A stretch of DNA of 64,000 nucleotides from Octopus vulgaris (GCA_951406725.2 OX597822.1:39928001-39992000); one strand, 5' to 3'. Shown: positions 1 through 13,523, counted from the stretch's first letter. A program made the numbers and translations. Notes: generated by a model from the sequence alone, not told the origin.

Positions 1-577
1 CATCTCCAAATTCATCCTCGAGCACTCAACGCGTTCTTGCTTCTGGAAAGGTGTGAGCAACCTGGAAATCCATCTGGCAGACACCTTTTGCATATGCAAA
101 TGGTCATGAATGATAGTTTCCACAGACCCGGTACTAATCTTGACCTTATGGGCTATTTGGCGAATAGTTATGCGTTGACCTTCCAAAATGGCAGCCTCAA
201 CTTGACGGACAGACGTCTCATCAACGGCAGAAGGGGGCGACCAGATCTGGGAGCTGTTTCCACAGAGTTCCGACTATGTTTGAATTCACAATGCCAGCGT
301 TTTACAAGGTCATATGATGGGGCATCATCACCATAAGTTACTTTCATTTCATCAAAAGTCTCCCGTGGTGTGCGTCCTTTCAAATACAAAAACCAGATCA
401 CTGCTCGACACTCAACAGGCTCCATTTCACACTTGACTCAGTTCAAACACCTGTAAATCAGAAACCACAATTAGTTCAGAGCTGTAATTCGCCAATTAAT
501 CTATAGAGGTATAAATAAGTGCACATGCAAAATTTCAGCTAGATCAAACAGGGGCATTACTTATTGAACGCCTCTCG
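1..577 (-). mobile_element. Mariner DNA transposon, 5' part (runs off the window); same family as 35163-36454
   Basis: ORF 168-425 (MEPVECRAVIWFLYLKGRTPRETFDEMK...) is near-identical to 35330; TIR ggggcattacttattgaacgcctctcg is followed by TA at 578-579; frameshifted after SGRP. Confidence 0.95.
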
Positions 578-1215
578 TATGTTTGATATTATTCCACTCT
601 TCAACAATCATCGGGTACAGAAAGTGGATATGCATACACACTCGTATAAACACACACACGCATACACACACACGTGCGCGCGCACATAAATATATATTTG
701 TGTTTGTGTTTGTATGTGTGTGTGTTTGTATGCGTGTGCGTGTGAATGTATGTGTATGTGTTTGTACGTGCGTGTAATGAAGCGCCACCCGAATTAATCT
801 TCATAATAAATTTGACTCTACTCTGCATAAAATCACAGACACACACACACACACACAGAAGCAGAGAGGGGGAAAGGGAGAGCGAAAGAGAGAGGGGGAG
901 AGAGAACAAGAGAGAGAGGGGGAAGGGAGAGCGAAAGAGAGAGGGGGAAGGGAGAGCAAGGGAGAGAGAGGGAAGGGAGAGTGAAAGAGAGAGAGAGAGA
1001 GGGAGAGACTATCTGTATAAACATATTCAATAAAGATTGATGAAGTGTCCGGCATTTTGACACAGACAGAACGGAAATTATCAAATGTTAGACAAACAAA
1101 AAAGGCCAAACACAAGAGAAGAAAAGAAGAATTATCCAATTAATCTATTTACTTAATCTACCAATCAACTAACTAAGGAACCAATAAAATAACTAATTAA
1201 CCAACTAATCAACCT

Positions 1216-1248
<33 letters not shown>

Positions 1249-1754
1249 TTAATTAACCAACTAACTAAGGGACTGACTGACTGACTAACTAATGAACGAA
1301 CGAACGAGCTGTATTAGAAGAGATTTAGAAGGAATAAGAAAATAATAAGTGGTTGAAAGGCGGTGAAGCTTAGTGGATAAAGAGATAAGTGTATATTGAC
1401 TTGGTGGAGGAAGTGAGCTTATGTGTGGCAGAATCATTTGATCACTGTAAATAAATCATCTGTGCAGGCTGTCAGCAAGAAACTGCAGAACGATCATCTG
1501 TCGTTTACGATAGGAGAACCTGCATAAAAAAAGATGGAAGTAATAAAATAACAGGTAATGAAATTTCTGATGAGAATAAGGAAACGATAAAGAACATGCG
1601 CACACGTAGCAATACATTACAATGTGATGACACTAAAGTAAAATATCATAAGGTACCTTGGAAAATGATGGAATCCGATGAAACGAGTGATGCATGGTGT
1701 CGGCAAAAGGTAATACAAAGAATTGAGACAATAGAATGATAAAAATATAATGTC

Positions 1755-1826
1755 CAGGCGAAGCGCATTGTGACCAGCGACGTGTTGCAACATCTGATAG
1801 CCTGGTCGATCACGTGGTCACGTGAT
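1755..1826 (+). repeat. Short interspersed repeat ending in tandem CACGTG motifs (probable SINE/LINE 3' tail)
   Basis: Reverse-complement match to 14641-14705. Confidence 0.55.
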
Positions 1827-2264
1827 GTAATAAGTACAATGTCACACCCAGTTCAAATATGGTTGTGGCACGTTTGGACAAATAAACAAGTCATTCACCG
1901 CGTTTAGTCATGGAGATAATTCTTCGTGGTTGACAATGGTGTAGATACACGTGGATCAGTTCGTAGCGCCAGCTATAAAGGCTGTGTGATGCAGCATTTC
2001 GGAGTAGTTGTGTCCTCCTCAGTCACAGACACTAGACAGAAGGCACTGCGAACTGATAAAAGTAAATGATTCACTTATGTCATACAGACACAAACGTAAA
2101 AACCCGAGGGTCACCATTTGACGGTCAAAAATGTTAAAATGTACGTCTATAAGCCTTTTCTTGTTTGATTTGGTGTCTATATTTTCCGGAGAAAATGTTT
2201 GTGATTGATATATTATGTTGTCCTTCCATGATCCTGCTAAGAGATATCATAGAAGAATCAAGTA

Positions 2265-2315
<51 letters not shown>

Positions 2316-2674
2316 TTCTTATAACATCTATCGGAGTAGAACCAACTAGTTATCCTTCTTTTTTTACATGCAGTGTATAGCCAATCAGGTGATTGTCCTC
2401 CGACTGGGAAGTTTTTATACCCACGGCAAGGGGAACTTTAAGCAGTTGATGAGGGACTGGCCGGAGAGGGAAGTGTCTATCATTAGGCTTTTAAATATGA
2501 CCACCGTGGTTACAGAACACTGGAGAGCTAATTGTCAATCATAGTGAAAGGAAATTTGTGGAACGACCTCGATGATGGACTTATTGGCTTGCACTCGTGA
2601 TTTGTATTAAGAACTTAAAGAGACGTAACTAACTACCACAAACCCTCTTGTTTGACATTTTAACGACACTACAA

Positions 2675-2983
2675 TCTCTGATCCGCCTTTTTTGCCAGAT
2701 TTAGCACTTGCGGACTTCCATCTCTTCCCTAAGATAAAAATGCCGCTCAAAGGTCGCCTTTTCAACACCATCGTCGAGATGGACACCGAATCGCAGAAGA
2801 TCCTCGAGTTGCTTACGGAAAACGATTTTCAGGCCGGATTCCAAAAGTGGCAGGAATGCCAGTACTGGTGTATTGCTGCGCAAGGTGCCTATTTCGAAGG
2901 AGATGATGTTAAAACTAAGGTAAATAAGTTATGTTTTTATATATGAAACATAACTACTCCGTGAAATTTATGATACTACCTCA
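2675..2983 (+). mobile_element. Mariner transposase 3' fragment with decayed right TIR
   Basis: PPFLPDLALADFHLFPKIKMPLKGR...FQKWQEC...CIAAQGAYFEGD matches the YSPDLAPxD motif and mariner C-terminus. Confidence 0.85.
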
Positions 2984-3290
2984 TATATGCACATATATAA
3001 GATACATACAATATATTCAAACACATGCAGCTATGTATGTATCAGTCTCTCTGTCTTTCTCTCTGTCTGTCTGTCTCTTTCTTTCTTTCTTGCTCTCTCT
3101 CTCTCTCTCTGTATATTGTACACAACACACATACTCTCTTTCTCTTTCTCACGCACACACACAAAAACACGCACACAATACAAACACATACACACAAACA
3201 CACAAACACGCACACACACGAACACGTACACATACACATACACAAACACACACACACACACACAAGCACACACAAACACACAAACACACA

Positions 3291-3335
<45 letters not shown>

Positions 3336-3488
3336 ACGCACGCACGCACGTATAAACGAACTTTGGGTTGGTTAAAATGTTTGTGACATATTTGAACATC
3401 TAAAGGCAAATTCACTGCAGTTACCGTAGAGAACCAAAAAACAAACAAACAAACAAATAAACAAAAAGAACACATGTTGCGTGAGATT

Positions 3489-3536
<48 letters not shown>

Positions 3537-4131
3537 GAGAGAAACGAAGAAAAAAATCAGAGCGAGAAGGCTTGCTCATCAACCAAAAGATGAGGGTGAT
3601 ATCAGTGATGATGATGGAGATGATGATGGTGGCCAATCGCATGTGTAAAATGTATTCTTGTCACGTTCAGAAAGATTTGGCAATCTCTGAACTATTAAAC
3701 ATACCGTCCATCTTGCTTGTCATCACCATAGTAACAGATGGTAGTGGTGGTGGTGGTGGTGGTGCTGCTGCTGCTGCGAAGGAAACACACGTCACTTAGT
3801 TGATAGTGATGATATTGGGGGAGTTTGATGATGATGATGATGATGACGAAGATGACGACAATGACGATGACGATGATGACGACGATGATGATGATGGGAA
3901 TAGTGTTTATGATGATGATGAAGGTGATGTTAATAATGATGGAGACAGTAGAGTCGATGATGATGATGGTGATAACGATGACGACGACGATGATGATGTT
4001 GTTGCTGATGGTGGTGGGGGTGGGATTAGTGTTTATGATGATGATGATGATGTTGTTGATGGTGGTGGTGGTGGTGGTGGTGGTGGGAATGTTTATGATG
4101 ATGATGTTGATAATGATGTAGATAGTACAGG

Positions 4132-4179
<48 letters not shown>

Positions 4180-4753
4180 CGACGACGATGACGATGGTGA
4201 TGATGGCGAAGAGAAGGAAGAGGAGAATTAGAAAGAAGGAGGATGTTATACTAGATTATCTTGGAAAAAATGCTGCTGTTAACGTTTTCTTCGACAAAGT
4301 TGAGAAAATGGATTTTTTGTGAATATTCTTGCACCTGTATTTGTTGTTCAACATGAATTAATGTTGTTATTGTTGTTGTGGTTCACACATCCTCTGTTGT
4401 TGTTGGTGGTGGTGGTGATAATGCTACTATTCTTCCTCTTGTTGTTATTGTTGTTGTTGTCGATATTCATGCGATTCGTTGTTGTTGTTGCTACGATTAC
4501 TGTACTTGACGGTTTGGCCAGATGGAGGATGCAGAGCCGATAACACAGCAACCGCACGCACGCTCACTTAGGGTAGGGCATGGTCAGCAGGAAACGAGAG
4601 TGGACAAGGACATGGCAAAACTACGACCTTGCTGATAAAATTGACACCATTCATATCCTTCTTGACCATTTGCAAGTCTACAGCAGCAATATAACAGAGA
4701 TGCTGCGAAGGATGCTGAAAGAAGTTCATCGTATGCATGTATGTATACATGTA

Positions 4754-4963
4754 TACTCTTTTACTCTTTTACTTGTTTCAGTCATTTGACTGTGGCCATG
4801 CTGGATCACCGCCTTTAGTCGTGCAAATCGATCCCAGGACTTATTCTTTGTAAGCCTAGTACTTATTCTATCGGTCTCTTTTGCGGAACCGTTAGGTTAC
4901 GGGGACGTAAACACACCAGCATCGGTTATCAAGCGATGTTGGGGGACGACCACAGAAGCACAA

Positions 4964-5039
<76 letters not shown>

Positions 5040-5200
5040 GACGGGCTTCTTTCAGTTTCCGTCTACCAAATCTACTCAGAATGCTTTGGTTGGCCCGAGG
5101 CTATAGTAGAAGACACTTGCTCAAGGTGTCACGCAGTGGGACTCTGCCCGGAACCATGTGGTTTTTAAGCAAGCTACTTACCACACAGCTACTACGCCTG
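4754..5200 (-). mobile_element. tRNA-derived SINE family A (CORE-like ccttgggcaagtgtcttc segment, internal (TA)n/(TG)n)
   Basis: Collinear with copies at 5883, 10016, 17733 and 63253; A/B-box-like head, A-rich tail. Confidence 0.9.
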
Positions 5201-5212
5201 TATGTATATATG

Positions 5213-5261
<49 letters not shown>

Positions 5262-5439
5262 AAGAAAAATGAGTTGGCTAGCAGCGAGCTGTTTCGCCTC
5301 ATACCGAAGGAATTAGAAATGGCAGTCAAAGACCGTTTTTTCCATTTCTATCAGTGGAGATTCCAAAAACGAAGGCCCTTGCGGCTCACATACACAAAAC
5401 CGGAGTGGCAAATATACGAATTCAGTCACTTACCGTTAA

Positions 5440-5509
5440 TAGCGAACACGGTGTTTCTGGATCACAAACATATAAAAAAAGGGGAGTTTGAATTCCTTCT
5501 TCAGCGCTA
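5440..5509 (-). ncRNA. Minimal type-I hammerhead ribozyme motif
   Basis: UAGCG-CUGAAGA-stemII(GGAAUUCAAAC..GUUUGUGAUCC)-GAAACAC C GUGUU-CGCUA; stem I UAGCG/CGCUA. Confidence 0.7.
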
Positions 5510-5761
5510 TATTCGTTAGCTTTATCAAATGCCACCAGCCCTCACTTCTGACCCAGCGACATCAGATAGTGGGGGAAGTGCGCAGATGCTAAAACCAAGT
5601 AACGACTGGGAACGTAAATTTTCCCTCCAAAATTCTGCCATGCGCGCCTTCTGGGTAATCGTAATGGAATGAGGAATATATATATATATATATGGTGGTG
5701 CTATTAAGTTAGACATGGCCTGGACCAATCTCTGGTCGAAATATATCTAAGTTTTATCTAA

Positions 5762-5850
<89 letters not shown>

Positions 5851-5882
5851 GTGTGTGCGTGTGTGTGTGTGTGTGTATCATA

Positions 5883-6047
5883 GGTGCAGGCATAGGCGTG
5901 TGGTAATTAGCTTGCTTACCAACTCCACATGGTTCCGGATTCAGTGTGAATGCGTGGCACTTTGGTCAATTGTCTTCTGCTATAGCCTCAGGTCGACCAG
6001 AGCCTTGTGAGTGGATTTGGTAGACGGAAACTGAAAGAAGCCCGTCG

Positions 6048-6099
<52 letters not shown>

Positions 6100-6348
6100 T
6101 GTATGTATGTATATATGTGTGTGTGTTTATGTCTGTATGTCTGTATTTGTCTCTCCACCATCGCTTGACGACCGATGTTGGTGTGCTTACGTCTCCGTAA
6201 CATTAGCGGTTCGGCAAAAGAAACTGATAGAATAAGTACTAAGCTTAGAAAGAATAAGTCCTGGGGTCGATTTGTTCGACTAAAGGCGGTGCTCCAGGAT
6301 GGCCGCAGCCAAATGACTGAAACAAATAAAAAGAAAAAGAAAAGAATA
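5883..6348 (+). mobile_element. SINE family A, full length
   Basis: Head gtgtggtaattagcttgcttaccaac...; tail ggcggtgctccag...gactgaaacaaataaaaag. Confidence 0.9.
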
Positions 6349-6717
6349 CACGTAAGCAGTATTAAATTTCTTAGCCGGAAGTAAACGGTTGCAGCACGGA
6401 ATCGTAAAATATATTTTGTCAACTAAATGTGGTTGTCCCATAGAGGACAATGCTATGGTGGTTTTAACCGTGTGAGGAGATCCCTATCTAGCTAACAACG
6501 CGGCAGGAGATCTTCTCCAGCTGGCTAACGACGCATTGTCTGTGAGGAGAAATTATCGTTCCCTTCTCTAGCCTTGCGTTATACACACAGACGTGGGTTT
6601 CATTCATAAATACATGTGTGTCTGTGTGTCTGTGTGTGTGTGTCTGTGTGTTGTTATATTTCGGAACGGTCATTTTTTTTTGTCAAATAAACACACGCAC
6701 TATATATACCTTGTTCA

Positions 6718-7430
6718 CTTCCGAATAAACTACATAAAATACAGAATAGACAAACATCAGAAAGTGAAAAGTGCAGAATCTGTGAACAAAACGGTGAAAC
6801 CGTATGGCATATTACCAGCCAATGTACTCCATTAGCCCAGAAGGAATATAGGAGACGCCACGACAATATAGCCAGGCTTGTCCATTGGTTACTTTACAAG
6901 TATGGACTTGACAGAGCAAAAATTTGGTACGACCACAAACCTGAAGGCGTTGTCGAAAATAGAGATGCAAAGATCCTATAGGATTTTGTGATTCAGTGCG
7001 ACCATGAGGTTGAGAATAGGAAGCTGGACATAGTCTTAATTGAGAAAGAAAACAAACTATGCTGGATCATAGATTTAAAGCATGCCCAGCTGACAACATG
7101 GTATGCAATAAGGAAGTTGAGAGATATGACAGGTTAGCTTGGGAAGTTAAGCAGTTGTGGTCGATGAAAAAGGTAGCAGTAATACCAATAATTGTCGGAA
7201 CTCTGGGAACAGTCAGCAAAAATCTCGAGAAGTACGTGCAACAAATAGGGGCTGCAATAAGTGTGGATCACTTGCAGAAAACAGCACTGATTGGAACCGC
7301 TCTAATATCCCGGAAGGTGCTCGAAAAGTAAGAGGTATTACCTTACTTCACTGGTAGTAAACAGCTGACACTGTAGTACATCTCCAGCGTTAGAAGCTGT
7401 GGAAAGGCGGCAACAACAACAAAAATAATA
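6718..7430 (+). mobile_element. R4/Dong-clade non-LTR retrotransposon 3' fragment (CCHC plus RLE endonuclease)
   Basis: CRICEQNGETVWHITSQC zinc finger, YRRRHDNIA, RKLDIVLI..WIID, LQKTALIGTALISRKVL*; several stops and frameshifts. Confidence 0.88.
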
Positions 7431-7489
7431 ATAATGACAACATCGAAAAATAGCTGAGGAATGAGAACCCAGGTTCGAAATTTCCCCAA

Positions 7490-7534
7490 GACACCTGATG
7501 AAGGCTGGAGGTATATCAGCCGAAACGTTGTGTT
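7490..7534 (+). ncRNA. Minimal type-I hammerhead ribozyme (PLE type)
   Basis: GACAC-CUGAUGA-A-GGCUG(gagguauau)CAGCC-GAAAC-GUU-GUGUU; second copy at 44342. Confidence 0.75.
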
Positions 7535-7707
7535 AACAACAATCAAGGTGAGGACAAATATCCGTCAATTGTAAATAATGTATATTAAATTATATGTGTA
7601 TATATATATATATAAATAATTATTAAAATTATGAATTAGGGTATCTACGAGATACATATATATATATATATATAATTATTAAAATTATGAATTAGGGTAT
7701 CTACGAG

Positions 7708-7748
<41 letters not shown>

Positions 7749-7749
<1 letters not shown>

Positions 7750-8531
7750 TAGCTTAAGGCGACCCGTTCTACGCGCGGGTAAGAGTGTGGTTGTTACTTT
7801 CTGTTGCTTCCATTCTGTTTTTATCACCACATTCTCCCTCTTTGTTTTTCTCTCCTTTCTCTATCTATCTCTCTCCCATTTATAAACAACAAAAGATCTT
7901 AAGTAAGTTGAGAAAGAATATATTTTGAAAGATCCATCATAAATATCAGGCAGTGACAACGGAAAGGTCTGCTTCAAGGCAGACAGCAAAACACTAACAT
8001 TTAAAAGGGACAGACGAACTTGCGAGCTGAATAAAAATAAAAAAAATATTGGAAACCAAAGTTTGAAAGGATAGAATCTGAGGATAGTAGAGTCACCATG
8101 GCTGGCATTTCTTAACGACGGACAGCAACATAGTGGCAGTTTAACGGCTGGCGTAAAATTTTGAACTTGATGTGAAAGAAAATTCCTAAACACCAAGCTT
8201 TGAAGTGATTCTTTCTCACGACAGTAGACTCACGATGGCAAGCATTCAAAACTTCTTCATCATGGACGGCAACACATTGACGATTTAAAGGCAGGTACAA
8301 ATTTTTTAGCTTCATGTAACAGAGAATTCCTAAACACCCGCTCCTGTAAATTTTAATCCCCTTCAAGCCCCATTTAGACCTCTTTTCACATTTTGGTTAA
8401 TATAACCCGATTTCATTCGGGTCTACTCGGGCCACATTTTATAAAATGATGAATTTTGTCCTAGAGGTCACGCGTTTCATTTGAGGAAAAAAATAGTTGC
8501 CATGCAAACTCGCAAGCACTTTTAACATAGG
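7749..8531 (-). mobile_element. Non-autonomous Helitron-like element
   Basis: Minus-strand end ACCCG(cgcgtagaa)CGGGT, about 9 nt, CTAG|T; internal ~140-bp imperfect duplication (about 8085-8195 and 8222-8338). Confidence 0.6.
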
Positions 8532-8570
8532 TGTGCATATTTTCAGCACAACTGACCACATAATGCACAC

Positions 8571-8609
<39 letters not shown>

Positions 8610-8613
8610 GCAT

Positions 8614-8661
<48 letters not shown>

Positions 8662-9329
8662 CATTATATATACAAATGTATGCAAATTATATATATATAT
8701 ATATACATTAAATTAGAGATAAAACCACTATTAGGCAAATCAAACAGTGAAAAACATAAACGAAAACATAAAAATAAAAATATAATATACAAAATATATA
8801 AAATATAAAATTTAAAAATTTAAATTATTTAAATTTAAAATTCCAATTATTAATTTATATTTATAATTTAAAAAAAAATATATATAACTATCAAAAAGTA
8901 TTAAAATGTTTAATATACATAAATACAGATATATACGCTTTGTATATATACATTATATATACATATTTATATATAGAACACACACACACACATATATAAA
9001 TTAACCCAATAAATATCTGATTCATAATATTTGTTCTCATGATTGTGTTGTGGTAGTGGTGGCGATGATAATTCTCTCTATGAATGCAGACAGACGTAGA
9101 GAGAGAGAGAGAGTGTGAAAGCGCTGTTGAAGGCGGGGAAGGGGGAGATATAGAACGCTGTGAAACGACGTTATAAAGAGAAAGTGAAGGAGAAGTAGAC
9201 GCTGTGAAACGACGTTATAGATAGAATTTGATGGGAAGGGAGGAAAGAGAGTGAGTGATGGAGGAAGACAGATACATAAAAGATTGAGAGTAGACTTGTC
9301 AAAGTACGCATTTGGCCCAAGCAACGACA

Positions 9330-9494
9330 CCTTTTAAGATAGGGATTTCTAACCTAGCCCAATCGCATCCTCACCTCATTTTACATGTCCCTGTAAATTT
9401 TGGAGTCAATCCGACGGGATCTAGTGGCCTTTAACCCGTTCGCAATGCCAAAACCAGAGAAACAAACTTTTCGCATTTCAGAATTATAATATAG

Positions 9495-9495
<1 letters not shown>
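9330..9495 (-). mobile_element. Possible Helitron-like 5' end fragment
   Basis: Minus strand starts a|TCTATATTATAATTC next to a TA tract; no 3' hairpin found. Confidence 0.3.
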
Positions 9496-9549
<54 letters not shown>

Positions 9550-9794
9550 GTATGTATGTATATGTATATATATATATAGGTATATGTATATATATATTGT
9601 TATATATTGATATATATATATGTATATGTATATATATGTATATATATTGTATATATATATATATATGTATATGTATATATATATTGTTATATATTGATAT
9701 ATATATGTACGCGCGCATACACACACACACCCATATATACGTGTGCGTGCGTTTTAAAACTCCCATCATCGTATGCCAACTAGTGGTAGTTTCC

Positions 9795-9952
9795 TTACCC
9801 CCCCCCATAACCTAACGGTTCGGCAAATAAGACCGATAGAAAAAAATACCAGGCTTATAAAAGTAATTAAGTACAGGGCTAGATTTGTTCGACTAAATAC
9901 TTCAAGAAGGTGCTCCAGCATGATCACTATCTAAGTACGGAAACACGTAAAG
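9795..9952 (+). mobile_element. SINE family A, 3' half
   Basis: cggttcggcaaataagaccgataga...ggtgctccagcatg. Confidence 0.75.
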
Positions 9953-10015
9953 GACGGTACGAGGATATATAGACAGTTAACGTGTGAAGACTGATTGTAT
10001 ATATTTAGACATAAT

Positions 10016-10203
10016 GTGTGTGGTAAGTAGCTTGCTTACTATCCACATAGCTTTGGGTTCAGTTTCACTGCGTAGCACCTTGGGCAAGTGTCTTCAACTA
10101 GTCTGGAGTCGACCAAAGCCTTGTGAGTGGATCTGGTAGACGGAAACTGAAAGAAGCCCATCGTATATATATATACATATATAGAGAGATAGATATAGAT
10201 ATA

Positions 10204-10236
<33 letters not shown>

Positions 10237-10432
10237 CTGAGTTTGTCTCTCCACCATCGCTTGACAATCGATGTTGGTGTGTTTATATCCCTATAAATAG
10301 CGGTTCGGCAAAAGATACCGATAGAATAAGTTCTAGGCTTACAAAAAATAAGTCCCGAGGTCGATTAGTTCGACTACTAAAGGCGGTGCTCCAGCATGAC
10401 CGCAGTCAAATGACTGAAACAAATAAAAGAAT
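10016..10432 (+). mobile_element. SINE family A
   Basis: Collinear with the other copies. Confidence 0.9.
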
Positions 10433-10993
10433 ACAAGTGTGTAGCTAGTGGCTGCGTATACCTGTGTATGTCTGCTCAGAGTTAGTTATACGGATGTAAG
10501 TTAACTAACACAACATTAACTGGATACGAACACACATCTTGTGAAACTCCACCTTAACACAAACGATTTCAATCTCATTCGACATTGTTAAAGTAATTAC
10601 GCCTCACTCTTCCCACCACCACCATCACCACCACCACCAACAACACTACCGCCACCCCCTACATCCCACTCCGTTCTGTCTTAATGACCCTATTTTTATG
10701 TCCTAAATCTCCACAAAAGAAATTACACCCTGTTTAAGTCATTTACTCATAAACTGAAACAAGAACGCAACTGTTACCGCCACCACCACCACCACCGCAA
10801 CAACAACAAGACAACAACAGCAGCAACGCAACAAAATTACTTTTTATTTAAAAACGAAACAAAACACAATAATAACTTTATTGTTCACTTTTTATGTGCA
10901 CATCACGTGATGTGCGTCACGTGATGTACGCCATAATTTTTGCCAAGACCCTCCCCTCATTTACTATGCTGTAAACAGAAGCTCCTTCCTATC

Positions 10994-11080
<87 letters not shown>

Positions 11081-11231
11081 GCTTATTTTACTGCCTATTT
11101 ATCAGTCTCTCTGTCTGTCCGTCCGTCTGTCTGTCTGTCTATTTGAGATTTCTTACTCTCACCGTCTCTCTTTCTCCCGCCAGTTCCCTCGTTATTCCAT
11201 CTATTATTTCCAACTCCTTCTTTCCCAATTA

Positions 11232-11282
<51 letters not shown>

Positions 11283-12309
11283 GCTTTCTGCCTCTATTCA
11301 ATATATCTCGGCTCCTCATTTTCTCTCTCTATTCTGCCGATATCCCTCTACCTCGCCCCTCTGTATTCCTCCTCTCTCTCTCATTCTATGCACTCTCTAT
11401 CATCCTTTCTCTCCCCTTCTCCGCCTCCCAATTCCCACCTAATTTCCCCGTCTGACTTTCTTTTACTCTTACTTTCACACTCTCTTTTATTCTCTGTTGC
11501 CCTCTTTCACATACTTTTCCTTTCCAACCTCATTCTTTTTACCGCTCACATATACGCACACACGCAACGTATTTACATACATAAACACACATAAATCCAC
11601 AGTAAAAAGATACATATACGGACACACATTATTATCAAACTATTACCTCCCACTCAATCCTATTTATTCATCTCTCTACATATCTTCTTTATCTTCGCCC
11701 ATATTTTCGACTTGATTTCTCCATCTCTCCTCTCCGTTTCTTTCTCTTACGACAAACATAAACTCACTCACATCCAAGCATATATATTCCAAGTAATTTT
11801 ACTTTAGTATCATTGTCCTTTTTGACAAATCATATGTATTTTAACAAACTCGTATTCAAAAACACTTTTCCAGAAATCTAAAAGAATATTGATGTTGATT
11901 GAAACTTGACTTAAAACGGTTCTCAGGTAATCCGATACAATCTTCAGAAACCGAACAGTTGGTTGTAATTACTTTCCCACAATACATTATCAACGTCAAC
12001 ATTCCAAACATTATCAGCAGGTTAAAAATGGCTGCGATTTGTCACTCAGAGAAAAGTAAACAGATTGTTTCACAGAAGCCTTCACGTTCACGTGTAGAGG
12101 GTTAACCTCCTGTTGATACAAATCAAAATATCTTTTGAAATATTTTAAAATGACCAACGATCTGCTGAAAGCCGAACGGCCATAAAATAGTCATATAATC
12201 CATGGCTTAAACAAATAAAAATGTTTCTTCAACCAACATAAGTCAAATATCTGTTACATATATAATTGCCATTGCATATTGAAAATATTGAAGAACGCGA
12301 GACAGAGAG

Positions 12310-12633
12310 TGTGTTATGATACTTCAAGAGATATCAGCAACGATACAAGGTTTTATATTGTGACATTCTGTGGATTGTATCTTTTATGTCGTAAATAAAT
12401 ACAGCATTGTTTTATTCTTTACTTTGATTGATCTAGAATCGGTAAGATGCGAAAATCTGATGGATTTAAGCCTTTAATAAAAAATATAGCTTTGCTGTTC
12501 AACATTATTCAAGTTTTATATACCTCCGCATTTTTTACACCGTTTTGTATACATGCGCATGCATATAAATCTACACGCTTATATATATATATATATATAT
12601 ATTATTTATATACACACGCATATGTATATATTC

Positions 12634-12675
<42 letters not shown>

Positions 12676-12751
12676 ATATATATATATATGTACATATATA
12701 CATACATATACATATACATACCTGCAAACATACGTACATATACAACTGCAT

Positions 12752-12782
<31 letters not shown>

Positions 12783-12998
12783 CATGCACAAATACATACG
12801 CACACACACGTATACACACACACAAACACACATACACACACACACACATGTACAGAGATGAAGAAAGAGAACGAGAGTTTACTTGAGCTGAAGAATTTCA
12901 CTCTTATTCGGTGTTGGTATCTACATCTATCAGTCTCTTTCCCTATCTTCTCTATATGTATGTTTGTATGTATGTATGTACATATGTATGTATGCATG

Positions 12999-13034
<36 letters not shown>

Positions 13035-13300
13035 AATACATATATACAAGTCTAAATGCACATAACGATATTAAAAAAATTCAGGCATATGGAACTCGAT
13101 TGACGCCGAAGAGCAACGTTATAAATTTCATTGAGAGCTTAAATCCATCAGATTTTGGTATCTTACCGATTCTCAAGCAATTAAAGAAAATAATAAAACA
13201 ATGCTGTATTTATTTGCGACATAAAAGATAAAATCCACAGAATGTTCACAATACAAATCCTTCTGATATAGCTGGTGTCTCTTGCAGTATCGCAGTATAC
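12310..13300. repeat. Diverged ~215-bp inverted repeat pair (about 12310-12525 and 13082-13300) enclosing microsatellites
   Basis: gaatcggtaagatgcgaaaatctgatggatttaagc pairs with gcttaaatccatcagattttggtatcttaccgattc; aaataaatacagcattgttttatt pairs with aataaaacaatgctgtatttattt. Confidence 0.85.
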
Positions 13301-13523
13301 TGTTTGCCATGCATATGTATATATACATATAATAATATATACATATACATATATGCATAAATACATACACACACATATATATATATATATGTATATATAT
13401 GTGTATGTATGTATATATGTATGTATGCATATATAAGTATGTATATGTATGCAGATGCATATATATTTGTGCTTGTATACACATATATATACATATATAC
13501 ATATGTGCTTACATATATATATG

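Noticed and set aside
3800-4231. 143-aa Asp/Gly-rich ORF
   Set aside because: Translation of (GAT)n/(GGT)n microsatellite; no domain or splice evidence
4520-4731. Possible exon (WQNYDLADKIDTIHILLDHLQV...)
   Set aside because: No recognisable homology and no convincing acceptor; cannot be supported
12028-12060. aaaATGGCTGCG...AA|gtaaac as a first coding exon
   Set aside because: Weak donor, no promoter evidence; expected by chance
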